This document shows, one piece after another, positions 37,705-47,508 of a stretch of 64,000 bases of DNA. Every line of letters begins with the position of its first letter. The first letter of the stretch is position 1. The DNA is taken from NCBI GenBank assembly GCA_000092065.1, contig CP000588.1; one strand, given 5' to 3'. Below the pieces are notes generated by a model that worked only from the letters and a program-made list of their open reading frames with translations, was not told the DNA's origin and did no database searches. This DNA is from Ostreococcus lucimarinus (taxonomy: Eukaryota). A program made the translations under genes and the position numbers.

Positions 37705-40491
37705 CTATCGCACGGCTAAGGTAAAATCCTGAGAGATGGAAAGATTCGGGCGCCTGATGTCCATCGCCTCGCCGTGTCGCGCGACGACGTCGAACGTGTC
37801 GCCAGTCGTCGAGCACGTCGCCGATTTCGCCGCGGCGGACGATCCGTACACCGAAACGCGCTCGATGAGCGTTTCATCGACGAAAGATTTGACGTTTCCT
37901 GCGCCGCCATCGGCGTCAGAGGCCGCCGATACGACGAAGTGCCCGTTTTTGAAGGACAGCGAGCGACGCGCAAACGCCGAGCTCTTCGACGCCTCGTACT
38001 CGTAGCTCTTACCGTCGTCGGCGTAGTACGAGCCTCTCGCCTCGCCGTTCGCGTCGAGCGCGACGACGATGGTCAATGGGTCACCCTTCATCGCTGTCGA
38101 GCTTCGCCGAGCTCTGTCCTTTCGCACGAAAATAGCACCACCTCTAAGGAACACCGGAACGTCGCTGAGCTCGACGGAGACGTCGAACGTCTTCGGTCCG
38201 ACGTGTCGCGCGCCCGATCGTTTTTCGTACCAAACGCCAGCCGGAAGGTACACCGAGACGGATTTCGCGCCTTGCTTCAACACTGGCTGCACTAAAATTG
38301 CCGAACCGAGCATGAATGAATCTTGAATCTTGAACACGTTCTCATCCGTTGGGAATTCGTACCAAAGCGGACGCAACACGGGCGCGCCCGTTCGGTGCGA
38401 CTCTTCAAACAAGGTGTAAATGTAAGGCAGGAGCGCGTATCGCTCGCGAATCGCTTGACGAATGATTGCCGTGCTCTCGTCACCGAACAACCAAGGCTCG
38501 CGGCGCTTCGTCTCCAAATGCGCGTGTCCACGAAAGAAAGGATAGTAAGTGCCGACTTGGTACCACCGCGTCATGAGCTCAGCGTCGGGATTGCCAAAAA
38601 ATCCTCCGACGTCGGCGCCGCTAAACGTCAACCCGCTCACGCCGAGCGTGAGCACCATCGGTAAGCTCACGGCGAGGTGTCGCCAATCAGCGGTGTTATC
38701 ACCGGTCCAAATCGGTCCGATGCGTTGCGTCCCGGCGAAAAAGGCGCGCGAGAGGACAAAAGGACGATCGCCGTCGTTTCTTCGCTTGATGCCCTCCGCG
38801 GTGGCCATGTGGTAGTACATGCCGAAAGCGTTGTGCACTTCGCGATGCTCGACGCCGCCGTGATGAATCAAGTCTTTTTGCATCGTAATTTCGGGACCGT
38901 TGAACACGGACGGCTCGTTCATATCGTTCCAAATGTACAAGTCTTTCGTCGATCCTTTGTAGGAGTCCAAAGAAAACTTGCTCGCCCACCACTCGCGAAC
39001 GTCTGGATTCGTGACGTCCAAGTACGTCGAACTTCCCGGCCAGCACCACCCGTCAAAATCCGTCGTGCCGTCGTTCTTCTTGACGTAAAACCCTTTATCC
39101 TTTGCCTCTTTATAGACGGGATAATTATTGTCGATTTTTACGTGCGGATCCACGATGGTGACCATCTTTCGTCCGCGACTGGCGATGTCGTTGATCATGC
39201 GTTCGGGCGTGGGGAACGGACCGTTGTCCCACGTCATGTACCGCTTCCCATCGGTGTGTTCGATGTCGAGCCAAAGCACGTCATACGGTATGTCATTTGC
39301 GTCGAAACCGGCGTCGACTTCCTTGACGTCGTTCTCGTCGCGATAGTTCCATCGGCACTGATGATAGCCGAGCGAAAATAACGGTGGCATCGACGTCGTG
39401 CCCGTCAGCGCCGTGTATTGCTTCAACACATCCGCGGGGGTATCGCCGGGGAGAATGAAAACATCCATCGCGCCGCTCTCGGCCATCCACTTCGTGTGCA
39501 CGCCGTTAGCGCCGTCGACGTTGACATCCACGTACATCTCGCTCGGGTTGTGAAAGTAAGCGCCAGCCGTAGTCGATTTGCCGTCGCGGACCCCGTGCGC
39601 GGTGAGCATCGGAATCGATCCGTAAAGCCCGAACGCGCTATCATCGAGGTACTCGAACACGTCGAGGTTGTACAATCTGTAAGGTTCCCCGAGCGTGGTT
39701 TCATTCACCGACGAATCGACCGAAGATCGACCGAACCAACTCTTACCGCTCTCGTACTTTCGCGTCGATTTCAGGCTGAGCGACGTCGCGCGTTCGGGAA
39801 GCCCGTACGCGTCGCTCGCGCTCGGAAACGTCAGGTCGAACGCCACCGCCGTGGGTCCATTCTTGCGCGTATCCGTGTGCCCGTTAAACGTCTCCGCCCA
39901 ATCCTCCGACGACCCGTCGCCTCCCGTCTCGAACGCGAACTCGCCTCGCGCGTTAAAAATCGCCGCCGGCGTCGTCGCCTCCCGCGCGTACACCTCCACT
40001 TTGAACGGATCCGCGTAAATCTTCGCCCGCGCCCCCGTCTCTTCGAACTCCACCTCCACGCTCGTCTCGCTCCTTCCCACCACGCGCGCCCGCGCCCTCG
40101 CGTCGTCCTCGAATTCCGTCTCCCTCGTCAGCACCTCCCGCGCCGCGAATCGCGCCCGCTCGCCTCTTTCGTCCACCCGCACGCGCACCGCGCCCGTTTT
40201 CATCCCCTCCACCGAACCCACCAGCGACGCACTTCCCTCATCGCCGCGCACGACGTCGAACTCGACCGCCCTCGCGTCGCGCTCGCGCGCGCGCGCGTCT
40301 TCGATCCTCGCGCCTCGCGCGTCTCGCGCGTCTCGCCCTCGCGCGCAAAACGAGCTCGTCGCGCACGTCTTGAAATCGTTCGCTTTGAGCGCGTCCGTTC
40401 GCGTCGCGAGGACGACGATCGTCGTCAGCGCCAGCGCGAGCGTCGTCGGCGCCGTCTTCCGCGCGCGTCGCGACGCGATCCGTCGTCGCAT
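37705..40491 (-). CDS. GANAB: Glucosidase II alpha subunit (GH31 neutral alpha-glucosidase), signal peptide at N-terminus
   Basis: GH31 catalytic motifs are present: WNDMNEPS (the region with the GH31 nucleophile Asp, by alignment), GADVGGFFGN and YDVLWLDIEHTDGKRY. The N-terminus has a signal peptide (MRRRIASRRARKTAPTTLALALTTIVVLA). The N-beta-sandwich and C-terminal domains typical of glucosidase II alpha are present. ATG at 40491; the remainder of the long ORF is upstream junk. Confidence 0.9.
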   Translation of the reverse strand: MRRRIASRRARKTAPTTLALALTTIVVLATRTDALKANDFKTCATSSFCARGRDARDARGARIEDARARERDARAVEFDVVRGDEGSASLVGSVEGMKTGAVRVRVDERGERARFAAREVLTRETEFEDDARARARVVGRSETSVEVEFEETGARAKIYADPFKVEVYAREATTPAAIFNARGEFAFETGGDGSSEDWAETFNGHTDTRKNGPTAVAFDLTFPSASDAYGLPERATSLSLKSTRKYESGKSWFGRSSVDSSVNETTLGEPYRLYNLDVFEYLDDSAFGLYGSIPMLTAHGVRDGKSTTAGAYFHNPSEMYVDVNVDGANGVHTKWMAESGAMDVFILPGDTPADVLKQYTALTGTTSMPPLFSLGYHQCRWNYRDENDVKEVDAGFDANDIPYDVLWLDIEHTDGKRYMTWDNGPFPTPERMINDIASRGRKMVTIVDPHVKIDNNYPVYKEAKDKGFYVKKNDGTTDFDGWCWPGSSTYLDVTNPDVREWWASKFSLDSYKGSTKDLYIWNDMNEPSVFNGPEITMQKDLIHHGGVEHREVHNAFGMYYHMATAEGIKRRNDGDRPFVLSRAFFAGTQRIGPIWTGDNTADWRHLAVSLPMVLTLGVSGLTFSGADVGGFFGNPDAELMTRWYQVGTYYPFFRGHAHLETKRREPWLFGDESTAIIRQAIRERYALLPYIYTLFEESHRTGAPVLRPLWYEFPTDENVFKIQDSFMLGSAILVQPVLKQGAKSVSVYLPAGVWYEKRSGARHVGPKTFDVSVELSDVPVFLRGGAIFVRKDRARRSSTAMKGDPLTIVVALDANGEARGSYYADDGKSYEYEASKSSAFARRSLSFKNGHFVVSAASDADGGAGNVKSFVDETLIERVSVYGSSAAAKSATCSTTGDTFDVVARHGEAMDIRRPNLSISQDFTLAVR

Positions 40492-40686
40492 CTTTCGCGC
40501 GCGTCCGTCGGGCGATCGCGCGCGATGCGTCGCGCGCGCGTCGCCGAGCGCGCGCGATCCCGGCGCGGACGCGATGCGGCGACGTCGTCGTCCGCGCGCG
40601 TCGGCTCGCGCGCGATCGCGCGCGGCGGTGTGCGACGCGACGCGCGATTCGAGCGCGGCGCCGACACACCTCGACGCGCGCGATCG

Positions 40687-42525
40687 ATGACGGCGACGCC
40701 CGACCGCGACGCGCGGCGCGAGCGACGATCGAACGACGCGGACGACGACGCGGGACGCGCGACGGCGCGCGACGGCGCGGACGGCGCGCAGGCGACGATG
40801 AAAACCCCGCTCACGCGCACGGTGGGATTCGCGATCAACGCCGGCGCGCGCGACGGGACGGAAGACGCGAGCGGACGATGGGACGGAGGGGTCGCCATGG
40901 AACTGCGCGCGATGCGGAGCGGCGAGAAAACGGGCGCGGCGGCGCGAGAGGACGGCGTGGGGACGGGGATGGCGATTCCGCGAGGCGGCGGCGCGCGGGG
41001 CGAGGGCGACGACGACGCGGGACGCGCGAGTCGATCGCCGGTGATGATTCTGCCGATGAGGGGACGAGGAGGGACGCAGGGAGGACTCGAGGGGGAGTTC
41101 GCGAGCAAGGCGAGGGTAGAGGTCGGGACGGGGTCGGACGCGCGCGACGCGGCGGCGGCGGCGGCGACGGGGGAAGAGGCGGAGGAGAAGAAGAAGAAGA
41201 AGAGCGAGTCCGCGGGAGCGGGGCGAGAGATACCGCCGCCGAAACCGAAGATGAGTAAGGCGGAGCGACGGGCGCTGCAAGAGTCGCAGCGCGCGGCGAA
41301 GGCGGCGGCGAAAGCGGGCGAAGGCGGCGCGCAGGGCGGCGCGGGAGCGAAGAAATCGAGCGGCGGCGGCGCGAACGCCGAGGGTGGTGCGGTGAGCGGA
41401 AGCGCGGGGGGCGGTGCGAGCGGTGAAGCGAGCGGTGCGGTCGGCGCGAATGAGGAGAAGAAGAAGAAGGCGGCTTCGACGAGCGCCTCCGTCGGTCTTC
41501 TCAGGAACGGGGTCTCGCACTTGCGCGGAACGGCGAAGGATTACGTCCCGAGCGTCGTCGCGCATCCCGCGGTGGAGCGATTGGCGCTGAACTACGCGCG
41601 CGGAAAGACAAAGGGCGCTCGCGAGCGCGTGAGCGCGTTGTTGCGCGTGTTGCGCGTCGTGGTTGAGAATTTCGAGGCCCCGGTCGACGCCACGTACGCG
41701 CTGTCGCTGACGCACCATCTGAATCAAGTCGTGCACACGTTGGATAAGGCTCGTCCGATGGGGATCGCGATGGGGAACGCCGTTCGGTCGTTGAAGACGC
41801 ACTTGGCGCGCTTGTCTCGAGACGAAAACCAAGGCTTGTGCAACGACGGTTGCAAGCAGAAGACGTTGATGCACATCGACTACTTCATCAAAGAAAAACT
41901 GGACGGCGCGTTGGAATCGATCGTGCGCGCGGGAGTGAAGAATATTGAAGACGGAGACGTCATCGTGACGCACGGTGCGTCGCACGCGGTGCGCGAGATT
42001 CTGTTGCGCGCGCACGAAGCTGGCGTCAAGTTCACCGTCACCGTCGTCGATAGCCGTCCGTCGAGCGAAGGCGCGGGTATTTTAAGCGACTTGTGCGCTC
42101 AGGGTATCGATTGCGTGTTCACCGCGCTCAACGGCTTGAGTTACGCGATGCAACACGCGACCAAGGTGCTCATCGGCGCCGCGGCGTGCCTTAGCAACGG
42201 TGTGGTGGTGTCTCGCATAGGTTCCAGCGCCGTGGCGCACGCCGCGTTAGAGCAAGGCGTGCCAGTCTTCGTCGCCGCCGAGACGTGCAAGTTCCACGAG
42301 CGCGTGCAATTCGACGCGTTCGCCTTCAACGAGATCGGTGCCGCGGAGAGCATCTCGCGCGTCGACGCCGTCGACGGAGTCCTCGCCTCTGCGGCAAATT
42401 TGCCGAACCTCTCCATCATCAACCTCACCTACGACGTCGTCCCCGCAAAGTGCGTGCGGTCGATCATTTGCGAAGCCGGCGAAATCGCGCCGGCGGACGT
42501 GCCGTGCTACACGCTCGCGCACTGA
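40687..42525 (+). CDS. EIF2B4: Translation initiation factor eIF2B delta subunit
   Basis: The K/E-rich N-terminus with MSKAERRALQESQRAAKAAAKA is the eIF2B-delta hallmark. The C-terminal eIF2B/IF-2B family fold is present (DGDVIVTHGASHAVREILLRAHEAGVKFTVTVVDSRP...KVLIGAAACLSNGVVVSRIGSS...PVFVAAETCKF). The exact start is uncertain; 40687 or 40798. Confidence 0.75.
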   Translation: MTATPDRDARRERRSNDADDDAGRATARDGADGAQATMKTPLTRTVGFAINAGARDGTEDASGRWDGGVAMELRAMRSGEKTGAAAREDGVGTGMAIPRGGGARGEGDDDAGRASRSPVMILPMRGRGGTQGGLEGEFASKARVEVGTGSDARDAAAAAATGEEAEEKKKKKSESAGAGREIPPPKPKMSKAERRALQESQRAAKAAAKAGEGGAQGGAGAKKSSGGGANAEGGAVSGSAGGGASGEASGAVGANEEKKKKAASTSASVGLLRNGVSHLRGTAKDYVPSVVAHPAVERLALNYARGKTKGARERVSALLRVLRVVVENFEAPVDATYALSLTHHLNQVVHTLDKARPMGIAMGNAVRSLKTHLARLSRDENQGLCNDGCKQKTLMHIDYFIKEKLDGALESIVRAGVKNIEDGDVIVTHGASHAVREILLRAHEAGVKFTVTVVDSRPSSEGAGILSDLCAQGIDCVFTALNGLSYAMQHATKVLIGAAACLSNGVVVSRIGSSAVAHAALEQGVPVFVAAETCKFHERVQFDAFAFNEIGAAESISRVDAVDGVLASAANLPNLSIINLTYDVVPAKCVRSIICEAGEIAPADVPCYTLAH

Positions 42526-42681
42526 TTTCACGAACAAGCCGACCGTCGGACGACGCGCGCATAGAAGAATAGCCATCGAATTCCATTCCATTCCAATCCA
42601 ACGTTTCGTTCCGACTCGCGGCCGGCTGAAGGAGATTCAAACCGAATCCAACTGTCGCGCCCGACGTCACTCGCGCGCGCG

Positions 42682-43815
42682 ATGCCGCGACCGTCTGCGC
42701 CCGCCGCGCCGCGAATGCGCGACGCACGAAGTTTACGCGACGCGTTCGCGTCCACGAGCGGCTTTCGCGCGCGCGGCGTCGCCACCGCGGACGTTTTCAC
42801 GGTCGCTCAGGAATGGCTTCGAAATCACAACTACGTCGAATACTTGCGAGCGAGCGCGCTGCTGTCGCCATCGAGCGATCGCATGGATGCCGACGCCACG
42901 CCGTTCGACGCCGTGCTCCGCGCGGCGACCGGGGCGGCGCCGAACTTGGTGAACCAAGACGCGCTCGGGGACTGGGCGGAAGAGTTTGCGGTTTGTCACA
43001 ACGACGTCGAGTTTGATCGGCGATGGAACGATTTAACGAGTGGGAACACCGGCGCGTTGGCTGGACCAGATCGACAAGTCGGTGGACTTCCGGGACACGT
43101 GGTGGTGACGACGAGAGATGCGGTTTGGGGGAAGTCTAACGTCGGCGCGCTCGCGTTGAGTGGATCGGAGGAGGAAAAACGCGAAGCGGTAAAGTTTTTG
43201 TTGAGGATGCGCGAGGCGGCGATGACGTACGCGCGATCGAGAGGATGGACGACGTTGGGATTGTATTTTAGATTCTTTGGATGCGAGCCAGTTGGGGAAG
43301 AAGAGCGAGGGATCATACGTTTGCACGTGGTGAATCTCGCGCGCGCAGGGCCGCGATTGAGAAGAACGGCGAAGGTGAATTTACCCATCGATGACGTGAT
43401 CGAAGCGCTCGGTGGCGCTCGTGCGTCACGGCGTGGTGCCGTGTTGATCGTTTCACCTACGCTTAGTACGACTTCAATAACTCCTTTACGACGAGCGGTT
43501 GAGGAGGACTCGCATCGTAGTGACGACGACGAGATTGAAGTCGTCATTAAACGAGTCGTCGCCGCCGCCGCCGCCGCACCACCGATCGAAATCCAGATTC
43601 CCAACAAATTGAGACAACAGTATGAAAACGTATCGTCAAACAAATCTAAAATTCGAATGGCAGTTCGAGATGCGAGCGAGGAATCTGGGTTCAAGAGTCT
43701 CGACGACGCTCAAGATGAATTTTTCCGAGACGTCTCATGGCTGTCGAAGTACAAGTCACTCAGCTCACCCGCCCGTGTCCAGCTCGCCCTTAGCGAAATT
43801 CAACTTAGCAATTAA
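42682..43815 (+). CDS. Hypothetical protein (377 aa), no family recognised
   Basis: A long ORF in the expected slot between the eIF2B-delta stop and the convergent permease gene. Its composition is coding-like. I find no motif I can name. Confidence 0.4.
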   Translation: MPRPSAPAAPRMRDARSLRDAFASTSGFRARGVATADVFTVAQEWLRNHNYVEYLRASALLSPSSDRMDADATPFDAVLRAATGAAPNLVNQDALGDWAEEFAVCHNDVEFDRRWNDLTSGNTGALAGPDRQVGGLPGHVVVTTRDAVWGKSNVGALALSGSEEEKREAVKFLLRMREAAMTYARSRGWTTLGLYFRFFGCEPVGEEERGIIRLHVVNLARAGPRLRRTAKVNLPIDDVIEALGGARASRRGAVLIVSPTLSTTSITPLRRAVEEDSHRSDDDEIEVVIKRVVAAAAAAPPIEIQIPNKLRQQYENVSSNKSKIRMAVRDASEESGFKSLDDAQDEFFRDVSWLSKYKSLSSPARVQLALSEIQLSN

Positions 43816-43894
43816 GATAGTCGCGACGAAGCTATAGTTTTGTTTACGATGATACCGGTAGAACCTTGTATTAAAGATTGGACGTTTTTTTAGT

Positions 43895-43961
43895 GGACCA
43901 ACACGTTCTATGCACAGTAGCAGGATCAACACGTTCCTATGTAGGATCAACACGGCGCATC
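43895..43961. repeat. Three direct copies of a ~19-bp motif GGA(T/C)CAACACG(T)TC(C)TATG in an AT-richer island between convergent 3' ends
   Basis: ggaccaacacgttctatg at 43895-43912, ggatcaacacgttcctatg at 43923-43941, and a degenerate third copy ggatcaacacggcgcatc at 43944-43961. Local GC is clearly below the window average. Confidence 0.8.
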
Positions 43962-44001
43962 TAAATAGTATACAACATGCGCGTAAGAGTGTTCAAACGT
44001 T

Positions 44002-45384
44002 TCACGCGACGACAAGAGACCGAACGCCAAAGCACAGAGCGACGCTCGCGAGAGTAGTCCAGACGTAAACGAAGAACTTTCGGATTTCGGTGAAAGCTCC
44101 TTCTCGCTTCCATAAAGATTTTGCCAACAGCGGAGGCAAAATACCCCACAAAATGATGACGACCACAGCTCCAGAGAATTTGAGCGCGGAAAAGTACACG
44201 TCGGGGCCTTTACAGGCGAAAAGTAGCGAGGGAAGCAGGGTAAGCGCAATCACGGACTTTGAATGACTCACCGTCTTTTTCTTCAAGGCGTCGGCGCAAA
44301 ACCGACTCAACGCCAAGTAGCCCCCGATGAGCGTTGAGATCGACGCCGCGATCGCGACAGAAGCGGTCGCTCCACCCAAAATACCGCCACTTTCCAACAT
44401 TGCTTGCGCTAAGTCCGCGGTTCCAGCCCAAGCGCCACTCTGAGCGAGCGAAACGACGAGCCAACAAGTGTACATTGCGAGGGGGACCGAGGTGCCGAGC
44501 AAAATCACGCGCCTGATACGTTCTCTGTCACCTCTGAGCATGTCAACTAACGTCGGCAAGCACTCTCCATACGTGTATAGTTGTACCAAACCGGGGAGTG
44601 CCGGCACTGCCGCGGCGAAGTTCATGAAAGTGAGCTTGCTAGGCGTCAAATTCGTCACTCCAAAGACGCAAATCGCCGCAAACGACATAAAAATACCAAC
44701 GGTCGCATACGCGTTCACCTTGGCCGCTTTGTTTGAAAACGACACGTATCCAACAATCGCCGCGGTCACGGCCGCACCGAAAACGTGCGACACCGCGCCA
44801 CCGCTAAAAAAACTCGCCAACGACCCGCACTTTGCGAGCTGACTCACCAGGGTGCAGTTCATCATCACAAAGAACGACACCGCGACGATGCTACCCCAAC
44901 TCTTTCCGAGATAATCCGATGTTACGCTCAACAAACTTACCGCTCGACCGTTCGACCGCGCCCACGTGTGCATGAGCGTCTCGGACACCAACAGTCCGCT
45001 CGCCGCGAGCACCGCCCACGCGCCGCACGATATCAAAACCGCCGGCACGAACCCCGCGGGCGCGGCAAAGTACGGCATCGCCAAGAATCCACCCCCGACG
45101 GTCGTTCCGACGACTAGCATGATGGCTTCGAAGTCGCTCGCGCGTTCTGCGTGCAATTCCAACGGACACGACTCCGCCTCGTCGGTGGAGCCCCGCGCGA
45201 AGCGCGTCGCCCCGTCCCCCCAGGCCATGTCTTCGTAATACTGCTCATCCAGCCCGCTCGATCGCTCCGCCGCGCGCGAGCGCGTGCCCCACGCGTTCGT
45301 TCGCACCGCGCGCCTTCGCGTCGACGCGTCGGCGCGCGCGCGTCCGTTCACCGCGGCGAGGGCTCGTTGCGATAACGCTATCAT
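44002..45384 (-). CDS. Tryptophan/tyrosine-permease-family amino-acid transporter (about 11 TM), with presequence
   Basis: The hydrophobic core contains GTTVGGGFLAMPYFAAPAGFVPA and LGTSVPLAMYTCWLVV. Topology and motifs resemble the TnaB/Mtr/TyrP family found in plants and algae. Confidence 0.65.
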   Translation of the reverse strand: MIALSQRALAAVNGRARADASTRRRAVRTNAWGTRSRAAERSSGLDEQYYEDMAWGDGATRFARGSTDEAESCPLELHAERASDFEAIMLVVGTTVGGGFLAMPYFAAPAGFVPAVLISCGAWAVLAASGLLVSETLMHTWARSNGRAVSLLSVTSDYLGKSWGSIVAVSFFVMMNCTLVSQLAKCGSLASFFSGGAVSHVFGAAVTAAIVGYVSFSNKAAKVNAYATVGIFMSFAAICVFGVTNLTPSKLTFMNFAAAVPALPGLVQLYTYGECLPTLVDMLRGDRERIRRVILLGTSVPLAMYTCWLVVSLAQSGAWAGTADLAQAMLESGGILGGATASVAIAASISTLIGGYLALSRFCADALKKKTVSHSKSVIALTLLPSLLFACKGPDVYFSALKFSGAVVVIILWGILPPLLAKSLWKREGAFTEIRKFFVYVWTTLASVALCFGVRSLVVA

Positions 45385-45652
45385 CGCGATTCACGCAATA
45401 ATTCCGCGCCGACGCGAGAGATGCGCGATCGCGCGGCGCGCCCGCGCGCGACGATCGTCTCTTCGAGCTCGCGCGCGCCGCGTCGCGCGCGAGACGCGTC
45501 GAGTTGTGCGGCGCGCGGTGAGCGCTCGGGGCGGTTGAGTCGCCTCGTCAGCGGAGCGCGCGACTCGGCGACGGAACGAGACGACGACGCGAACGATCTA
45601 GGAGTTTGGTTTCGTTCGCACGCTATCGAACGAAGCTACGTGGACGCGCGCG

Positions 45653-46367
45653 CTACCTGCGCCTGACCTCGGTGTTCCATCTGTGCTGCGCGGCGGAGGT
45701 GGACGCGGTGAACGCCTGGCCGCCCGAGTCTAAGCGCCGAAGCGCCCCGCACGCCTCGCACTTCTCCACCGCCTTCGGATTGAGCTGCTTCCCAGCGCAC
45801 TTATAGCTCTGACACGGCCACCAACCGTGCTTTTTCTTGTCTTCTTGCTCGGCCTTCTCCTCCGGCGGCGTCGCGTGCACCGTGCCCTTGGTGTGACTCT
45901 GCGAGGCGACGTACGCGCGATACTGTTCGAGCGTCATCGCCGCCGACGTCGGCGGCGGTGGCAGCGGTTCCTTCGGCGTGGTGATTTGTGCCTCTGTGTC
46001 GTGCGGTGCCATCGCGGTCGACGCCGCTTCCATCGGCGCGTTCGCGCGCGTCGCCGTCCCGGCCGCCGCCTCGTCGTCCCGTCGCCGCGCTCGCCCATCC
46101 TCGCGCTCGCGCTCGCTCATGCTCGACCTCGACCTCGACCTCGACCGTCGTCGACGTCGTTTATCTCTCTTTTCCTTCTTCTCCTTTTTTCGCCGTCGCT
46201 CTTTTCGCCGTCGTCGTCGCTCGCGCGAGCTCGAGCTCGAGCTCGAGCTCCGACTTCGACTTCGCCGTCGCCGTCTCGCGCCGCTTCGACTTCGCGACGC
46301 GCTTCGACTTCGCGACCGTCCGTCGCGACTTCGTCGTCGTCGTCGCGCGCCGTCGCGTCGCGCGTCG

Positions 46368-46400
<33 letters not shown>

Positions 46401-46414
46401 CGTCGTCGTCCCAT
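45653..46414 (-). CDS. RS-domain (Arg/Ser-rich) protein with C-terminal Cys-rich zinc-finger-like motif
   Basis: A poly-Asp N-terminus is followed by a long RS/RSRS domain and a KKEKKEKR stretch. The C-terminus reads GWWPCQSYKCAGKQLNPKAVEKCEACGALR (C-x4-C-x12-C-x2-C). Confidence 0.5.
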
Positions 46415-46493
46415 CGCTTTTCGCCTCCCGGTGTGACGTCACACGCACGCGCGCGATCGCGCGCGACGACCGCGCGCTCGGACGACGCGCGCG

Positions 46494-47417
46494 ATGTCTC
46501 ATTCTATCGCTTCGACGCGCGCGCGCGCCGTCGTCGCGTCGCGCGCCGCCGCGCGACGCGCGAATGCGCGAATTCGGATAACGACGCCGCCGCCGACGCG
46601 TCGCGCGGACGTCGCGCGCGGAGGCGTGCGCGCGCGCGCGGCGAAGCGAGGCCGCGGCGGTGGAGCGCCGACGGCGGAGGCGATGTACGTCGACATCGAT
46701 CTCGTGAACGTCGGCCTGGAGGGGGAGATGTGGAAGCTGGACCAAGTCGCGGAGGCGATTCGCCGAGGCGAGGTCGGCGCGATCCCGACGGACACGAAGT
46801 ACGCCTTCGTCGCCGATCTCACGAACGCGGATGCGGTGCAGAAGTTGTATGATATCAAAGACGCCGGGCTGAACAAACCGCTGAGCATACTGTGCCGAGG
46901 ATTCGCAGATATAGACGCGTACACCACCGGGTTTCCTAACAACCCGAAACCTGGCGCGACGTTGCCGTTCAAGTTGGCGAAACAGTGCCTGCCGGGGCCG
47001 TATACGTTTATCTTACCCGCGTCGAAGGAGTTGCCGAAGGTGTGTCTGGTGGATAAATCGACGAAGGATAAGGCGAGGCAGTGCAAGAGTAGGAAGACGG
47101 TGGGCGTGCGCATTCCCGCGTGCGAGGTCACGCGAGCGCTGCTCGATCTCCTCGACGCGCCGTTGATGTGCTCGACCGTGCCCGAGTGCGACGACGAACC
47201 GGCGGTGATTCATGACACGTACTTACCGCGAGGTCTGGGGTTTATCGTGGACATCGGTGAGCGTCAAATGGCGGCGGCGTCTACGGTGGTGGATTTGTCC
47301 GCGGGCGAGCCGCGCGTGTTGCGCCGCGGCGCGGGCGATCCCGATCTCTGGGCCAGCGGTGACGACGCGAGCGAAAGCGTCGAAAACGATCCCGACGCCG
47401 CGTGGGGTTTCGCGTAG
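46494..47417 (+). CDS. YrdC/Sua5-domain L-threonylcarbamoyladenylate synthase (t6A pathway), with presequence
   Basis: The YrdC fold is present: AIPTDTKYAFVADLTNADAVQKLYDIKDAGLNKPLSILC, YTFILPAS and GVRIP. Confidence 0.8.
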   Translation: MSHSIASTRARAVVASRAAARRANARIRITTPPPTRRADVARGGVRARAAKRGRGGGAPTAEAMYVDIDLVNVGLEGEMWKLDQVAEAIRRGEVGAIPTDTKYAFVADLTNADAVQKLYDIKDAGLNKPLSILCRGFADIDAYTTGFPNNPKPGATLPFKLAKQCLPGPYTFILPASKELPKVCLVDKSTKDKARQCKSRKTVGVRIPACEVTRALLDLLDAPLMCSTVPECDDEPAVIHDTYLPRGLGFIVDIGERQMAAASTVVDLSAGEPRVLRRGAGDPDLWASGDDASESVENDPDAAWGFA

Positions 47418-47508
47418 ACGCGCCTGCCGCTGTATATTTGATTGATTCGCGACGACGTTGTAACAAGAGTGACATTTTTCCTTCCAACCGACTTCACAAG
47501 TCGCGCGC

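Noticed and set aside
39418-40686. The upstream 420 aa of the plus-strand ORF 39418..42525
   Set aside because: This is antisense to the well-supported glucosidase II CDS and arginine-rich. The real eIF2B-delta starts at an internal Met (40687 or 40798).
37705-42015. A 1436-aa minus-strand ORF, of which only the C-terminal 928 aa are glucosidase II alpha
   Set aside because: The N-terminal ~500 aa of this ORF are R/A-rich low-complexity translation of GC-rich DNA. They run antisense to the real eIF2B-delta gene on the plus strand. The glucosidase has its own signal-peptide start at 40491.
45827-46852. Plus-strand ORFs (341, 152 and 197 aa) over the RS-domain gene
   Set aside because: They are antisense shadow ORFs of the RS/poly-Asp coding repeats (GTC/GCG triplet runs). 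The minus-strand RS protein with its C-terminal Cys motif is the better model.
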